A stretch of 54,128 nucleotides of DNA from Euglena gracilis (GCA_039621445.1 CP154954.1:30942395-30996522); one strand, 5' to 3'. Shown: positions 11,263 to 22,425, counted from the stretch's first letter. The notes: generated by a model not told the origin, from the letters alone. Program-made: numbers and translations.

Positions 11263-13958
11263 CTGGGGGGTGGCATTTTTTCCCCCCTACAATTGGTGAA
11301 CATACCCATGTAGGGGGTGATTTTCAGGCAGGGGGTCCCTGGCACTTTCATTTTTATTAACTGGGGCCACCATGTGGCTGAATCCCAGTAGGGGGTGACC
11401 ATCAAAACTTTGGCCTGTGGAAACATTTTTAATCTGGGGAGAAATTTTTGGATTACAGACCAGGGGGGGTTTGCATAAAGATCCCCCATGTTGTCCAGAG
11501 GACATTGTAATGCACCTACTGCTGTGGCTCCCCAGTGGGGCCACCTGGCCACAAATTGTGGCAGTTTTTTGTTGCCTGGTGAGGCAAAAAGGTCTGTTTT
11601 TAGGCTGATGTAATTTTTGAACTGCTGCCTCAGCCACTGAAAAAGTTGGGGGTCCAGTGAGTAGTCCCCCCTGTCCATTTCCCACCTGCTTATGGGGTCT
11701 GCCAGGCAGTCTTTGGAGGGGACCCACTTTACTTGCAGGTTTATGTTGTGTTCCATGCACCATTTGAAGAAGGGCCTTAGCATGGAATTGAAAGGGTCCT
11801 TTCTGCCCCCCCCTTTTGTTAAGTAATAGTAAATTACTTGATTGTCCACGGATAGGGACACAGTTTCCCCTGGCTGGCTGAGGCTTTGTACTGTGCTTAT
11901 TGCTGCACTTAATTCTTTGACATTTATGTGCAAAATGGAGTTTTCCCTCCAAAATTCTTGCACAATTTTGCCTGTTCGAATGTCCAGCCCCCCCCAGGCA
12001 TGGGTACTGCTGTCTGAGTGCAACTCCCTGGTTGCATTTTGGGGGAAGGGTCTGCCCCCCCAGGTGTCCAGCAGAATTTTTATTTCTCTTAATTGGTCCT
12101 TTATTCTTTGGGAAATGGGATGTTTTGAGTCCCAGGGGGCTGTGGAATTTTCCACCAAAAAATTTGCCAGGGCATCCGTAAAGGCCCTTAGAAAGGGCAG
12201 GGCCATTAGATTGCATCTGATTTGGCCCAAAATGGCAGCCAGCTGCCTTTTTGACATGTTATCTTTTTTCACCATTTTTCCCAGCTCCTTTTTTACTGTT
12301 TTTATTTTCTGGGGGGGCACCTGTAATTTTCCCTCTTGGAGGTTTAGCTGAAATCCAAGATGATTGACGATTTGGGTGGGCTGCAGGGTGGACTTTTTCA
12401 CATTGATTTTGAATCCTGATTTGATTAAATCCCTGACCACTGTGTTCAGGTGATTTTGTAAGATGATTTGTGTTGGGGCCACCAGTAAAATGTCGTCCAG
12501 GTAAATAAATACCTGGATGCCCCTTTTCCTCCACAGTTTCTCGAATGTCTTCATTACTGACATGAAAATTTGGGGCATTACATTCAGGCCAAAACAGCCT
12601 GCCTGGAATTCCCAGGTCTGCCCCCCCACCTGATGCCTTAAAAATGGCCTTAGGCCTGGACTTACTGGAATATGAAAATAGGCATCCTTCAGGTCTATTT
12701 TTGCTGCCCAGTGGCCTTTTTCCAAAACTGGAAAAATGTGCTGGATGTGATCCAGCTTGAAAGGTTTCACTTGGAACCTTTGATTTATTTCCCTGCAATC
12801 GCTTATTAATCTCCATTTTGTCTGCCCCCCCTCTGGTTTTGAAATCAGAAACCAGGGGATCAGGTGCTGGGTGGTTGAATCCCTCACCCTCTTTATGGAT
12901 CCAGATTTTTCGTAATCCAGCAGTATTTTTTCTGCTTGGGGTAAGTTCAAATTTGCCCTGATTTTTGGGTGGGTGGACAATTTTGGTGGGCTGACCCAGG
13001 GGGGTTGAATGCCATCCCTGATGAGTTGACATGTTGTTGGGGGGGCAGTTTTTGCCCACCATTTCAAGCTTTTTTGCAGCCTTCGATGGAGGGGGGTGTC
13101 TCCCCATTTTTCTTCCATGGAATTTATTTCCTGGATAAGATGATTTTGGGGGGGCTGGGCTGGAGATGCTGGGTCATTGAAAGGGCCATTGTGGGTCCCT
13201 TTATCCCCCATTGTTGGCAGAGGGCCACTGTGGGTCCCTCGGGGGATTGCTCCAGCAGCATCCTTAGCTTCTTGGTGGCCACTGTGGGTCCACCCTGCTG
13301 GTTCCTTAGCTTCTTGGTGGCCACTGTGGGTCCACCCTGCTGGTCTCCAAGGTTTCCATGTATAAATTTTTTTCCATAATCCATCTTGTGGTCTTCCAGG
13401 CCTTGATTTCTTCTTGGCCTCCAACCCCATTGGAAATCTGGGGGGGCTGCTGTGGCCCCCCCTTGTCCCCTTGAGAGGGGCTGTTGTGATAGATGAATTG
13501 GGGGGGTTGGACAGACCTTTGCTGCCCCTTCCTGAGGGGATTTCCTTGTGAAACTGGCCCCCATGGCCCCTGTGGTGTTGACCTCCTTGGCCTTGATTCC
13601 ATCTCCCCATCTTCTGGCCAATTTGTGCCCAGGTTGCTGGGCACCTTTGGGGGAGATGCCCTTGATGTGTGGGCTTTGAATGTCCAATTGTGAAGCATTT
13701 TGGGCCCCCATGGCCCAGTCTTTGCCCACCAAGGGTTGGGGCTGGCTTCTGTCTTCTGGGCCTCCTGGCCACAGTGGTCCAAGGACCGTGGCCGTCACTG
13801 GGGGGGGGGTTTGGGCTGTGAAATTTCTGGGGAGGGGGGCTGGGTGGGAAGAACGGCCACGGTTTGCCACGTGTTGACCGCATCTCCAAGGTCTCCAGCT
13901 GCTGCCTCTCCTCCAGGACGTCCGTGGCCATATAATTCCAATTTCTTCTCCACTGCAT
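11163..13958 (-). CDS. DIRS reverse transcriptase - RNase H - Dam-like methyltransferase polyprotein
   Basis: RT: LISDCREIN, IDLKDAYFHI, FGLNVMP, IYLDD. RNase H: SDSSTHAWGG, HINVKEL, VDN, ADPISR. MT: DLFAS..N, LYANPPW, VTPYW...WW. Confidence 0.95.
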   Translation of the reverse strand: MQWRRNWNYMATDVLEERQQLETLEMRSTRGKPWPFFPPSPPPQKFHSPNPPPSDGHGPWTTVARRPRRQKPAPTLGGQRLGHGGPKCFTIGHSKPTHQGHLPQRCPATWAQIGQKMGRWNQGQGGQHHRGHGGQFHKEIPSGRGSKGLSNPPNSSITTAPLKGTRGGHSSPPRFPMGLEAKKKSRPGRPQDGLWKKIYTWKPWRPAGWTHSGHQEAKEPAGWTHSGHQEAKDAAGAIPRGTHSGPLPTMGDKGTHNGPFNDPASPAQPPQNHLIQEINSMEEKWGDTPLHRRLQKSLKWWAKTAPPTTCQLIRDGIQPPWVSPPKLSTHPKIRANLNLPQAEKILLDYEKSGSIKRVRDSTTQHLIPWFLISKPEGGQTKWRLISDCREINQRFQVKPFKLDHIQHIFPVLEKGHWAAKIDLKDAYFHIPVSPGLRPFLRHQVGGQTWEFQAGCFGLNVMPQIFMSVMKTFEKLWRKRGIQVFIYLDDILLVAPTQIILQNHLNTVVRDLIKSGFKINVKKSTLQPTQIVNHLGFQLNLQEGKLQVPPQKIKTVKKELGKMVKKDNMSKRQLAAILGQIRCNLMALPFLRAFTDALANFLVENSTAPWDSKHPISQRIKDQLREIKILLDTWGGRPFPQNATRELHSDSSTHAWGGLDIRTGKIVQEFWRENSILHINVKELSAAISTVQSLSQPGETVSLSVDNQVIYYYLTKGGGRKDPFNSMLRPFFKWCMEHNINLQVKWVPSKDCLADPISRWEMDRGDYSLDPQLFQWLRQQFKNYISLKTDLFASPGNKKLPQFVARWPHWGATAVGALQCPLDNMGDLYANPPWSVIQKFLPRLKMFPQAKVLMVTPYWDSATWWPQLIKMKVPGTPCLKITPYMGMFTNCRGEKMPPPRWPLLCMICSGKFWRGNKYKIQPLTISWEETPA

Positions 13959-14002
13959 TGCTCATCGAAGTCGAAATTGAAATTTGACAATTGAATTCTC
14001 AA
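13124..14002 (-). CDS. Alternative-frame ORF at the DIRS gag position (function unknown)
   Basis: 292-aa open frame overlapping the 5' part of the RT ORF; contains a ~42-bp tandem duplication (13262-13343); no Gag motif recognised. Confidence 0.3.
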   Translation of the reverse strand: MRIQLSNFNFDFDEQCSGEEIGIIWPRTSWRRGSSWRPWRCGQHVANRGRSSHPAPLPRNFTAQTPPPVTATVLGPLWPGGPEDRSQPQPLVGKDWAMGAQNASQLDIQSPHIKGISPKGAQQPGHKLARRWGDGIKAKEVNTTGAMGASFTRKSPQEGAAKVCPTPPIHLSQQPLSRGQGGATAAPPDFQWGWRPRRNQGLEDHKMDYGKKFIHGNLGDQQGGPTVATKKLRNQQGGPTVATKKLRMLLEQSPEGPTVALCQQWGIKGPTMALSMTQHLQPSPPKIILSRK

Positions 14003-14124
14003 TTGATTTTCGTCTGGTTCGTGTTCTTCTGGATATTGAATTGATATTTGACTTCTTTTCTCAGTTCTTCCTCGTTCTTGAACTCTGTTCCTTTCTTCTG
14101 GGTGTCGAAGGGCAAGTTAAGAAT

Positions 14125-14228
14125 CAGCCAACTCCGGCGAAAAAAGGCACTAAGCGGGACCTCCTAACCCAGCGCACCAAAACAATCACACAACAAACCG
14201 CCGGCGAGCAAGGCATGGCCTCACAATG
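14125..14228. repeat. DIRS 5' inverted terminal repeat
   Basis: Reverse complement of 9973-10076. Confidence 0.95.
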
Positions 14229-15000
14229 GCAAAGTGCGGAGCCCGAGGTGTCCCTCCCTCCCCCTCGGGGGGGCCCACCCCAGGGGGTGGTTGGGTGGGT
14301 GCCGACCCCCTCCCCCCCCTGGTCTTAAAAAAAACCCTGGCCGAGACGCTAATGTCTCTTTAAAGTCCAAGGAGCCCGGGTACAGGGGAGGGGGGGGTCC
14401 CGGACCTCCCCTATTCACTTCCGAACTGAACTGAACATGTTGACTTCCCGGAGGAGGGTGTGTCCGGCGCCGAAGGCGCCAAATTTTTTTTTGAAAAATG
14501 CCCTTTTCGGTGTTAACACGTTCAGGTTCACGGGGGGGGGGTCTCGGGACCCCCCCTGTGCACTTCCGAAGTGAAATGAATAGGGGGAGGGGGGAGGGGG
14601 AGTCCGGGGTCCCGAAGTGGACTACCTAGCCTCCAATGCCAAAAAATCAAACTAGAAAGCGAAATCATGGGTAGAATCCCAAAAAAACAATTAGTATCAA
14701 AGGAGGAGCCTCAAGGGCTTTATTTCGGCCGCCAGAGGCGGCCGAGACGGTAATGGATTTTGCAATTTCATTTTCTAGAAATGTGATTTTTACTGGCAAG
14801 GTGGCTGCCGAAGGCAGCCGAGATGGTAACGCCCTTCGAACCATTGATCATGTGCAAAGGAAAATATCATACTCATGCCAAAAAATTTTCTTTCCAAAAT
14901 CCCGGGGGGGGGGGCGCCCGCGGCCGCCCCCCCCCCGGGGGGGGGGGGGGGGGGCGGGCGGCCGCCCCCCCCCCCCCGACCCCCACTTTCTACACCCATG

Positions 15001-15930
15001 GTGGTGGACACACGGGGGGATGGTACGGCGGTATCAACAGATACCCCTGCCCCGTCATAGGAACCACCGGGGTCTGTACAGGGGGGTTGACGCGTGATGT
15101 ACATGGTCTACATTCGGGAGAGAGGGTTGGCCTTCTGGGCCAGGAGAGGCGGCAGGCGGGCTATCGACAGGGGTGGCCAGGTGTTCCACGGTGCAGCAGG
15201 AAGTGTGAGTTGAAAGAAGGAGGAGAGTGTTCGGAAGGGAGGAGGCCTGAGGTAATTTGCACAAACAGAGCGTGCAGAGGAAGAATCTCCCTTCCGTTGG
15301 GCGGAAGAGAAAGTTTCCCCAGCGTCGCAGCCAAATTTGTGCTGCTACAAAATTTCTGTTCCGCGCGTAAATTCTTTTCCGCAGGCAGATGGTCCAAAAA
15401 CGTGCGGATTGGCTACGCCAATGACTCAGGTACACCCCTTTGGGGACGTCGGGCTGAGAGGCTAACCAGCGTCGCAACGACGCGACGGTCAGGGGAACGC
15501 GCCGGCCGCCGAAGGACACCGACCCGGAAAAATCCCCCCATTCGTTGGATGACACCGTGCCAGGCGAGAACAAAATCGGTGGAGACGGATCCCGGACACC
15601 CGATGAAGGTTGGTCCGAGAGGGATGGAGGACCCAGATAGCTTGTGGGGAAGCCATCCGGGTCCCCATCCCCCCCCCCCCGGGCTCCGAGGCTGAGGGGA
15701 CAGGACTCGGCGGGGGAGGGCAGGGCGGGTGCTCGCCCGAAGGCCAGGGCTGGTCCGGAAGCCGGGGGGAGGGCCGAAACTTGCACCGAAAAAACCGTGC
15801 AGTCTTCCGAGCCCTGGCCTTCCCACAGCAATGCCTGCTGCAGGGCTGGAGGAAGGCGCTGCCAAGTTTGTATGGGGATGGGCCCATACCGACTCGCCAG
15901 AGCCATCCCAGACCAGCTGCGGGGCACCAC
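15001..15930 (-). pseudogene. ORF-B of the Dam element (5' part; continues at 6676 into the Dam domain)
   Basis: Same peptide as the 4303-5649 ORF (LRRWLASQPDV...FFLCTLCLC). Confidence 0.65.
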
Positions 15931-15934
15931 AACT

Positions 15935-17064
15935 TTAATCTGGGGCCCCCCTACCGGGCTGGGCAGGCCAGGTGTGGTGGAAGGGGGGGGGGCCAGGGCA
16001 GGGGGGGGGCCAGGGCAGGGGGGAGACCAGGAGGGGGAGGGGGCAGCTGAAAACCGCCCCCAGGGCGGTTGGGGCCAGAAAACTGGGGAAGAGGGGGCTG
16101 AGGGGGGGTGTTGTCTCCAAGGCCTTTTTTGGGGGTGTCAAAAGCAGATCTTGCGACATTTTTACAAACAGGCCGAGGAGGACCAAACCCAGAAATTGGG
16201 ACATTTGCTGAGCCAACACTGGGAGAGCCAAGGCCAGGACCAAACCCAGAACCTTGAACATTTGTTGAGCCAACACTGGGAGAGCCAAAAACAGGATCAG
16301 GAGCATTTGTGCAATCAAAATTGTGGCTGCCAGAACCATTTGCTGCAGAACTCCTTTGTCCAAAATTCAAAATTTGTCCAACATTCGTTGATTTGAAATG
16401 CTTTCCAATGAACCCCACCCCAGACACAGGCACAACAGGGGCAAGGGAAGCCACAGGGACATTGTGACCAGTTTGCTGGGGGGTGCTGTGTGCCACACTG
16501 GGGGGGGGGGCAGATCCTAGCAAATCAGACACATGGGGCACATTTTGGGTGGGAGAGGGGGTGATTGGGCTCACAGGGGGGGGGAAGAACACATTGAACC
16601 AGAGATGGGGGCAGATTGGGGGAGGAGGGGGCAGAGGGAGCAACGTGCCAACCAGCCGAAGCTGGAATCTGGTCAATGGGGGGCTGTGGCACAGGTAAAG
16701 GGGGGTGGGGGGCTGTTGCTGTTGTTGGGGCCACTGGCGTCGTTAGGCGGAGCAGTTGTTCTCGGAGTTCAGCTTCCTCAGCTTTTTGTTTCTTTTCTTG
16801 GGCCTTCATTCTGGCTTGCAATTGCTTCAGCTCCATGTGTAAATTGAAGATAGTGCGATGTCGTTTGTCAGGCCGCTTGCCTTTGCCCTTCAGCACTGCT
16901 TTGGACTGCTCCTCTGGCTGCCTTGGAGGGGGTACAGGCACCTCATTGACGCTCTGTACTGAAGCCGGACTGAGGGTAATGTCCATCGGGTCTTCGACAT
17001 CATCCACAGTAATCTCATCCGGGATATCCTCAGACCCCACCAGGGGCTTTGCATTGTCCGACAT
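15935..17064 (-). pseudogene. ORF-A of the Dam element: acidic N-terminus, coiled coil, Pro-rich region; frameshifts in G/C runs
   Basis: ATG at 17064 (MSDNAKPLVG) lies 10 nt after the spliced-leader copy; MELKQLQARMKAQEKKQKAEEAELREQLLRL is coiled-coil-like; continues in the 15951-16676 frame. Confidence 0.55.
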
Positions 17065-17074
17065 GATATGCAGA

Positions 17075-17099
17075 CGAAAAAAAATAGACACTCAGAAAG
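17075..17099 (-). other. Genomic copy of the euglenid spliced-leader exon
   Basis: Minus strand CTTTCTGAGTGTCTATTTTTTTTCG matches 25 of 26 nt of the Euglena gracilis SL (ACTTTCTGAGTGTCTATTTTTTTTCG, recalled from memory); followed by TCTGCATATCATG, not a GT donor. Confidence 0.85.
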
Positions 17100-17636
17100 C
17101 CCTCCGTGATTTTTTTCCATCTTTCACGGTGGGTAGCACAGCTTCACCCAACCGTGCCCCGGGCCCAGGGAAACGTCTCTTTTGGCCCTCGCCACAAGAG
17201 GAACCCCCTTGTGACTCCCTGTGCCGCCACAGGTCGCGGGTTGCTTATACTATGGGTGTTATGTACAGAAGAGAGGAGAGTGCCGAGTAACTGTGAAGAG
17301 TGTGGGCGGGCAGGGGGGGGGGTGTTTGTACCTCCTTTGCCACGGGATGGCGTGTTTGTGTCGGGATTTTGCTCTTCTTGCCGTGTGCGTTAGGTCCTTC
17401 TTGCATGTGTGCGTCAGGTCCTTAGGTGGTGGGACAGGGAGGGAGTGTCAGCTTGGGCTTGGGCTGTTTTGCTCCATGGATTCATGGGTTGGAGTTAATT
17501 TTTGCCTTGGTCTCGAACATATGGCTACAATGACGATGGCGGCATACCAAGGAGAGGATATAGAGGAAATGAAGCGGGTAGGGTTCAAGTGGAGGGGATG
17601 GGTTAACCAAGGTCAACAGGTGGTTGGCAAAGGTGT

Positions 17637-18194
17637 TTATTGGGAATACGGGAGGTGGCAACCGGCAGACAGGTCAATGTCATTTGACAGGTTGGTGTAG
17701 AAGCTCCATACCAGTTGTTTAGAGATTTCTTTGGCCAGGGTTAGTGAGAGTCCTTGCCACACTTCTGCTTCGGTTTGGCGCTGAAGCCAACCCTCCCTTT
17801 GCCCTATCAAGGCTTTGAGGAGGGTGGACATCAGAGAACGGCCTTGTTGCCCCAGGCCGCCAAAGCAATCAAGCACAAATGGGGTAAGGCGCCAACCTCG
17901 TCTCGAACAAGTTGCGTCATATTTGCGGTGTTTGTCTGCTTCTTGTTTTTCTTGCCAAATCGGAAGTTGTGCGGCACGGCTCAGAGGGTTGCTTGGGGTC
18001 TGTGTGTGACGAATGGTGACGTCGATGGCGACCGGGCCCTCACTGTCAAGGCGAGGGATGAAGATATCACCAGGGCGGGAGTTGTCATCAGCCCGTTGTT
18101 CTTTTTTGGCTTGGAATCCGGCACGTTGAGCCAAGGAGGTAAGGAAGTCTTGGACCGCTGCATGTCGCTTGTAAAGGTTGTTGAATTTGCAACA
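17637..18194 (-). pseudogene. 5'-truncated CRE-clade element: REL endonuclease domain
   Basis: CCKFNNLYKRHAAVQD, RPGDIFIP, AIDVTIRH, EADKHRKY, PFVLDCFGGLG. Confidence 0.85.
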
Positions 18195-20238
18195 TAACAG
18201 CCCTGAACGTTGCTGTTCAGAAATTGTTGTTGTTGTGGAGGTGAGAGTAATTTACAATACACAACTTGATATCTGTCACAGGGTAAGTGGGCCGTTGTCG
18301 ACCTTTTTTGTGTCTCATGTGTCTTTTTCCGATCTTTGTCGGTCATAACTCACTCGAGTGGTTGGCGGTGCCTCAAATTACATGGTCCCTGAATGGGCCA
18401 GCTTGGTGGGCCAAATCCTGTTTTGTCTTCTTGCGTGAAGATGAAGTGTTTTCAGACGAGGCTTTTGTGACTCATCGTTTCTGGGTCGGATACAATGAGA
18501 ATCGTGTGCAATGCAAATGCAAGCTGTTTTTTATAGAGCAAGGGTGATGGGCCGGTGATGGGGGGACCGGAGGAGCTGATGAAGTATTCTCAGACCGGTT
18601 TTTTGTGTGTCATATGCTGGATTTCCGATCTTTGTCGGTTCTGGCTGCTGTCCCAAATTGTGGTATGTTGCTTACATACTATACTGCTGTTCATCATTGT
18701 TGTAACAGCCCTCCCAGCGGCCACTCCTAATTACAAACGCTGTACGAAAAGCGGATCTGATTAAGAAAATTTGGATATGACGAACCAACACATCCACGTT
18801 CAGGTCGAAGATGTGATCTCCTGACAATCCTCATTCCTCATCTTCAGAGTGCTGCTTCATATGGAGATTCTTTTGTGACCGGAAATGCTTTGATTGGGCT
18901 ATTGGTTGGATTCTTCCTGTTGTTCATCGCCTGGAATGGTGTCTCGCGATTGATGGACATCCAGACCAGTGATCGTCTGGGATCTAAAGACCCCAGGGAA
19001 AGCATGCAAAAAATGTGACCTTACCGCCTTTGTTCTCCCTTCCTTTTGCTTAGCAGATGGATGGAAATAAATGTGCAAGTTATTGAAAAAAAATGACAGA
19101 GATGGTCACGCATGTTCCATAGATGTGCCTTGCCACTTTTTGTTGAAAAAAATGCTGAATGAAGCCCCCATACAGATGAATGTGGAGGTTTCCTTCCCGG
19201 GTAGGATGGCTGACCATATTTTTGGCCATTTGTGAAAAAGCCTGTCACATCTTGTCAACCATTTTACTGGTGAACCGGTTAAAAGGGAGTTTGTTGGGTT
19301 CAAGCGTGCAGCAAAACCAAGGGCTGAGGCTCCTCTCGCAGCCAGGTTGCATTGGAGGGTGATGGGGGGTCATGTGGATGGGTCATCAGGGAAAGGCATA
19401 TTTACCGTTGGCCGCATTACGATCACCAAGGGAGACTAGGCAGGGGGGAGAGGTGGTCCAGGGGGGTCCAGGAGGGGTCGAAAAGGGGTCTAGCTGGGGC
19501 GCCCCCCCCTTTTCTAGTTGTTCGGAACTCGACAGGGGGAGTCCACGAGCCCCCCCTGTACATGACCAGTCCAGACCCCGGACCCCCCCTTGAACTCGAC
19601 CTGTCTGGTTGACAGGGCGGTCCCGCGGGACCCCCTGTCGGGTACCCCAGGCACCCCCATGGTACACATGGGGGGACCCTCGCTCGGCGCCTCTTGTTCG
19701 CGACTTGACCCCTACCTCCAAAAATGACAAGTCCCCCAAAATTGGTTAAAAGGAAATTACCACCATACCCCCCCCCTTTATGTTCCCTAAATCCCCTATA
19801 TACCTCTATAAAGCATTTTGGACACTTTTTGGCACTTTTTATTTTGGGTCCCCTGGATGCCGGCTTCACGCCTGAACCGGCTTCCCAGACGCCGGCTTGG
19901 GCGTGAAGCCGGAGCCCCAGACACAGTTTCATATAAAGGGATTTTCCCCTTTGGGAGCCCAAAAGGTCAACGGGCTTTATCTTTCTTTCCCCCTGCCTGC
20001 TCTTTGGGATCACGTCCGGGCCCCAGGGGGGCATCCCCTGGGAGCCCAGGCACATGCACCCCCCCCCATTATGTACCCCCCATCAGGTACCCCCTGGGGG
20101 GAGGTACATAAAAGGGGGGGGGGCAGCACACACCTAGGAATGCAACTTGCCCGGATACTTGTCTGTTATCGTACGACGGACCCCCCCCTTTTGGTTATGG
20201 GACGGCACCCTTTTTTGGGGTCGTTTTAGGGTCATTTT

Positions 20239-20504
20239 AAGGGATAGGGTTAGGCGCTAATGGCCATGTTGCGCCACATGGCCATGTTGCGCTACACAGC
20301 CATGTTGCGCTACGTGGCCGTGCAGCGCTATATGGCCACGTAGCGCAACACGGCCGTATTGCGCTACACAGCCACGTAGCGCAACATGGCCGTGTAGCGC
20401 TACATGGCCACGTTGCGCTACACGGCCATGTAGCACAACATGCCCGTGTAGCGCAACATGGCCATGTAGCGCAACATGCATGTGCGCACCTAACCCTATC
20501 CCTT
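20239..20504. repeat. 18-bp minisatellite (~12 units, TGGCCRTGTWGCGCWACA-like) bracketed by inverted repeats
   Basis: AAGGGATAGGGTTAGG...CCTAACCCTATCCCTT flanks; periodic units between them. Confidence 0.8.
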
Positions 20505-20885
20505 GAAATAACCCTACCCTCCCCCCCCCTATTTGGCTAATGGCCGTGCTCCTTCAGACCCCCAGGGGGTGTTCCCCCCGTGACCCCCCCGTGACCCCCC
20601 CCCGTGACCCCCCCGTGACCCGAACAAGGACCCTTTTCGGCGAGATTTTGTAGGGATAATTTTTGGCCGGTGATGCCTAATTTGATAAAATTTTCAGGCA
20701 GATTCCTGATCTTGAGGCGTAAATTTTTCAAATTTTGGCTTGGTGATTCCTAATTTGGTGTCAAAATCCAAATTTTGGGTGTGGGGATTCCTAATTTGTG
20801 GAAAATTTTCCCAAAAATTCAGGCTCGGTGATTCCTAATTTTGCTACCAAAAAACGTGGTGTTCCCCCCGTGACCCCCCCCCGTC

Positions 20886-21155
20886 GAGCTATTCCCCCCC
20901 CCGAGCTATTCCCATTGGGGGTACGGGAATAGCTCACTGTCATAGCACTTTTTATAAAGAACTTCCTAAGAAAGTGGTCAAAAATCGACGTTTTTGGACC
21001 TTTTTCAAAAATCACCTTTTGGCAAATGTGCACAAAATTGACCATTTTTTGCGAACATCCAAAAAAGTTGCCAAAAATGACCCCTTTTGGGTTGCCCGAG
21101 GGTCGGGTATGGGAATAGCTCGGGGGGGGGGGACCTAGGTCCCCCCCCCCCCCGA
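20886..21155. repeat. Inverted copy of the MITE at 22651-23029
   Basis: Reverse complement of ~22737-23020. Confidence 0.8.
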
Positions 21156-21852
21156 GCTGTTCCCCCCCCCGTACTGTTCCCATTGGGCCGTAAAGGGTCC
21201 CGGGGAGGGGGCTCGAGGACCCCGACCCCATAATTTTTGACGTGTGCAAAATTGGTCGATTTTTTGTGCATTTTTGGATTGGTCATGACTTTTTCTTATC
21301 CGGCAAATTTTAACATTTTCGAAACGGACGTTTTTGGAGGTTTTCTGACCCCTTGCCGAAATTGGCCAAAGTTGGCCAAGGGAACGTCCATTGGCCAATT
21401 GGGCTAACCCCCCCCCCCCTAATTGGCTAATGGACCTCCCTCAAGGACCCCCCAATTAGCGAATTAGGGGGGGGGGGGCAATTAGGGGGGGTGAGGGTAA
21501 TAACCCAAAAACAGGGTGTCACACCATAACCAAAAGGGGGGGGGTCCGTCGTACGATAAAAGACAAGTACCCTTGCCCAGCCATCCGCAGGCATACCCCC
21601 CACATTGTGTACCTCCCCCCCATCTCCCCCCCATTATGTCCCCCCCCCCAGTTTTGGCCTCCCGGGGCATGATGGGCCTGGTTAGGCGCTTCTTTGGGGT
21701 GCTGGTACCCTGTTGGGTCAATTTATGGTACTTGTTCGCTGTATAATAATAACCCAAATATGGGGCACCCCATAATAACCCAAAAATAGGGCGTCGACCA
21801 TAACCAAAATCGGTCGAACTATAACAGACAAGCACAGCCTTTTTTTTTAAAT

Positions 21853-22062
21853 TTCTCCAAGTCGGTTCTTATGGGGTTATTAGAAGGAGTAGGGTTAGGT
21901 GCTAATGGCCGTGTTGCGCTGCATGGCTATGCAGCGCAACCATGCAGCGCATGGCTATGTTGCGCCACATGGTTGCGCTGCATAGCCATTTAGCACAACA
22001 TGGCCATTGGCGCCTAACCCTACTCTTTCTAATAACCCTGAAAAGTCCGACTTAGAATAATT
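21853..22062. repeat. Foldback mini-element related to 20239-20504
   Basis: GGGTTATTAGAAGGAGTAGGGTTAGGTGCTAATGGCC ... GGCCATTGGCGCCTAACCCTACTCTTTCTAATAACCC with the same 18-bp units inside. Confidence 0.7.
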
Positions 22063-22125
22063 CCGAAGTGGAGGTCGTGCAGCGAACACGTACCCAATTT
22101 ATCACATTATTGTGCGATGCACACG

Positions 22126-22205
22126 ACCTAACCCTAACCATAACCCGAACCCTGACCCTAACCCAAAACCCCTAACCCTAACCCCTAACCCAACCCTAAC
22201 CCTAT
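22126..22205 (-). repeat. Degenerate interstitial (TTAGGG)n tract
   Basis: CCCTAA and variants, ~13 units. Confidence 0.8.
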
Positions 22206-22321
22206 TCCTTCCACTGGCCCCATAAAACGTCGTTTCCCAAATCAAGGCAACCAATTTGTAAAATTTTGGGCGGGGGTCGAGTGGCGAACAAGTACCCAAA
22301 ATCCCTTTATGTTATCTATAC

Positions 22322-22425
22322 AAAAATCGGCCGACACTAACAGATTCAGCAGGGGCGCCGGGCGCGAGCGAGCGAAGCGAGCCGCCCGGCGCCCCTGCTG
22401 AATCTGTTGGTGTCGGTCGATTTTT
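22322..22425. repeat. Palindromic mini-element
   Basis: AAAATCGGCCGACACTAACAGATTCAGCAGGGGCGCCGGGCG arm, GAGCGAGCGAAGCGAG loop, near-perfect reverse arm. Confidence 0.8.

Larger units (their letters stand above)
9912..14252 (-). mobile_element. Full-length DIRS1-type tyrosine-recombinase retrotransposon
   Basis: 104-bp ITRs, an ICR complementary to both outer ends, and overlapping RT-RH-MT and YR ORFs with no stops. Confidence 0.95.
6677..15000. mobile_element. hAT-like non-autonomous DNA transposon containing nested insertions
   Basis: TIR CATAGGTGTAG...CTACACCCATG; 8-bp TSD GTGGTGGA at 6669-6676 and 15001-15008; empty site seen at ~4737. No transposase recognised. Confidence 0.85.
6142..17099 (-). 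mobile_element. Copy 2 of the Dam-encoding element (6142-6676 + 15001-17099), interrupted by an 8.3 kb insertion
   Basis: Sequence breaks at 6676 and resumes at 15001, matching the uninterrupted copy around 4740; Dam domain at 6235-6590. Confidence 0.75.

Noticed and set aside
17075-17099. SL RNA gene
   Set aside because: No GT donor or intron portion after the exon; an ORF follows instead.
17100-17230. Self-cleaving ribozyme upstream of the SL copy
   Set aside because: GC-rich stems are possible, but I could not fit an HDV or hammerhead core by eye; needs an Infernal search.
18200-19330. Possible gene or transposase fragments
   Set aside because: Only short ORFs with no recognisable motifs.
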